Shown here: positions 62,724-64,000 of the stretch, piece by piece
Layout of the letters: the number at the start of each line of letters is the position of its first letter
How positions within the stretch are numbered: the first letter of the stretch is position 1
NCBI GenBank assembly: GCA_964570325.1
Contig: CAZMXS010000001.1
Location: 96,987 to 160,986 of the forward strand
Length of the DNA: 64,000 nt
Source of the DNA: an uncultured Verrucomicrobiota bacterium
GTDB lineage: Bacteria; Verrucomicrobiota; Kiritimatiellia; CAIQIC01; CAZMXS01
Reading direction: 5' to 3'
Position numbers and translations under genes: made by a program
The notes under the pieces: model-generated
What the model was told of the DNA's origin: nothing
The model's input: only the letters and a program-made list of their open reading frames with translations
Databases searched by the model: none

Positions 62724-64000
62724 ATGCCGGGATCGTTATTTGAACTCAACCTGGCCGCTTTGCGCCGTTGGCGGCCGGAGCTCGCGGCGCGGCTGGACAC
62801 CTTCACGGCGCGCGACCGGGTCCGCATTCTCAAGGCGCGCGACGGCAGCTTCGTCTATGGCTTCATCCAAGGCGAGCAGTTGGTTCTGCTGACTGACCCC
62901 AATGCGCCGGCCGCGCGGATGCAGGCACAACTGGATCAGCAGGCGGCCGCCCTCGCGGACTTCACTCGCCCGGTGCTGATCATCGGCCTGTACCCCGGCC
63001 ATGAGCTGCTCGCGGTCTTCGACCACAGCGAGAATATCACCACGCCCCACTGTCCGCAGCCGATCCATGTGTGCCTCGATTCCATCATCGGCCTCTACGC
63101 CTATCTCCAATGCTGGGATGCCCGGCGCGTGATCGCTTCGCGCCGCGTCCACTTCTTCTGGCACGAGGATGCCGGCCGCTTTGCCGAGCATCTGCGCGCC
63201 CACCCCGAACAACCGCATGTCTTCAGCCTGCTGACGCTCGCGCCGGACCGAACGGTCGCCGCCGTGCTGGAGCCGCTGGGCCGGCTGGTCACGGAACGTA
63301 ACGCCGCGCTGCCGGAGATCATGCGCGCCAACGACGCGTATTACGATGCCCTGGGCGACGCCGAACTCGCGCGCATCATCGCCGGCCGCGGCGGTCGGCC
63401 GCCGCGCCTGCTGTTGCCGACCTGCTCCTGGTCCACATTCATCCAGCACAGCGCGCGGGACACCGCCGCCGCGTTTGAACAAGCCGGCTGGCAAACCCGC
63501 CTGCTGAACGCGGATGCCATGCTTACCCCCTACCATCTGGCCCGCCAGATCAATGAGTTCAAACCGGACGTCTTCCTGTTCATTGATCACCTCCGCCACG
63601 AAGCGGAGGAGGTCTATCCCCGCAACCTGTTGTTCGTGACCTGGGTCCAGGACGATATGCCGAACATCCAGTCCGCCGCGGCCGGCGCCCGGTTCGCGGA
63701 ATATGCCGCGCGCCGCCGCCGCGACTTCGTCATTGGCCACGTGGACCGCCTCGCGGAAACCCACGGCTATCCGGCCGACCGTCTGTTCAAGCTGCAGATT
63801 CCCGCCGATCCGCGTGTCTTTCACCCGGTCGCGCTGACGCGCGAGGAGCAGCGCGCTTATGCGTGTGATGTGGCTTTCATGAGCAATGTCAGCTTGAGCA
63901 GCGAGCGCGTCGTGACGGAGGTGCTGGTCCCGGCGCTGGCGCCGGTCGGCTTTTCGGCGACGGTCATCCAAGCCATTCACGACCATCTTTGGACGGCCTA
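62724..64000 (+). CDS. Maf/DUF115-like protein (3' partial, runs off window end)
   Basis: Manual translation from ATG 62724 shows no stop to the window end. The N-terminus MPGSLFELNLAALRRWRPELAARL resembles the DUF115/Maf start (F-x-x-NL-x-AL...PEL). The ORF is absent from the track, probably because it has no stop. Confidence 0.55.
   Translation, partial: MPGSLFELNLAALRRWRPELAARLDTFTARDRVRILKARDGSFVYGFIQGEQLVLLTDPNAPAARMQAQLDQQAAALADFTRPVLIIGLYPGHELLAVFDHSENITTPHCPQPIHVCLDSIIGLYAYLQCWDARRVIASRRVHFFWHEDAGRFAEHLRAHPEQPHVFSLLTLAPDRTVAAVLEPLGRLVTERNAALPEIMRANDAYYDALGDAELARIIAGRGGRPPRLLLPTCSWSTFIQHSARDTAAAFEQAGWQTRLLNADAMLTPYHLARQINEFKPDVFLFIDHLRHEAEEVYPRNLLFVTWVQDDMPNIQSAAAGARFAEYAARRRRDFVIGHVDRLAETHGYPADRLFKLQIPADPRVFHPVALTREEQRAYACDVAFMSNVSLSSERVVTEVLVPALAPVGFSATVIQAIHDHLWTA

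Noticed and set aside
62736-63986. 416-aa minus-strand ORF
   Set aside because: It is the antisense shadow of the plus-strand Maf/DUF115-like ORF, which translates cleanly with a recognisable N-terminus. The minus-strand product is low-complexity.

Overview
The window is high-GC (about two-thirds G+C by eye) and densely coding on both strands. The gene content suggests a Verrucomicrobia/Planctomycetes-like genome: PATR-like beta-strand repeat proteins, thrombospondin-type-3-like Ca-binding repeats, fused GntR-LacI regulators, many Ser/Thr kinases and T2SS-like pseudopilins. That lineage assignment is an inference.

Gene content in order along the window:
- **1-4.4 kb:** four overlapping glycosyltransferase genes (GT-C-like, GT4, GT9, GT4).
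- **4.5-10 kb:** a GntR-HTH/LacI-type regulator divergent from a secreted CBM protein, a clan GH-A glycoside hydrolase and a secreted protein. The AT-rich intergenic region carries two perfect palindromes that look like operator sites.
- **10-13.1 kb:** a Ser/Thr kinase fused to a LamG-like domain, leucine-rich repeats and a C-type lectin-like domain. A second full paralog lies at 55.1-58.2 kb.
- **13.2-20.2 kb (minus strand):** an exopolysaccharide export module: a Wzy-like polymerase, Wzc, Wza and an ExeA-like ATPase. An HD-GYP protein and a stand-alone receiver domain sit inside it.
- **20.5-28.5 kb:** one 2689-aa secreted giant protein with PATR-like repeats and a gingipain (C25)-like peptidase domain.
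- **28.5-32.0 kb:** a tightly overlapped cassette starting 10 bp downstream of the giant gene. It contains an HPr-kinase-related kinase, a PqqD/RRE protein, a radical SAM/SPASM maturase, an unannotated 54-aa Cys-containing ORF (ATGA-coupled) and an NTP_transf_5-like nucleotidyltransferase. I rank this as the best candidate for an undescribed RiPP-type system.
- **32-42 kb:** a glycoconjugate-synthesis cluster: a WecA/MraY-family transferase, a DegT aminotransferase, a PIG-L deacetylase, a WbqC-like protein, a GT2, a methyltransferase and an ABC-2 exporter.
- **42.6-47.1 kb:** an IS3-family transposase remnant, tRNA-Arg(CCT), and a lower-GC remnant of two phage tail genes.
- **47.1-54.7 kb:** a histidine kinase and receiver pair, then a T2SS/T4P-like module (two pseudopilins, a GspK-like protein, and a GspE/PilB ATPase with an unusual N-terminal membrane extension).
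- **54.7-64 kb:** a MazG-like protein, a second HD-GYP protein, an RsmB-like methyltransferase, a further methyltransferase, and a Maf/DUF115-like ORF that runs off the window end and is missing from the ORF track.

No CRISPR array or rRNA gene was seen. All family assignments rest on motif recognition by eye; no database search was possible.
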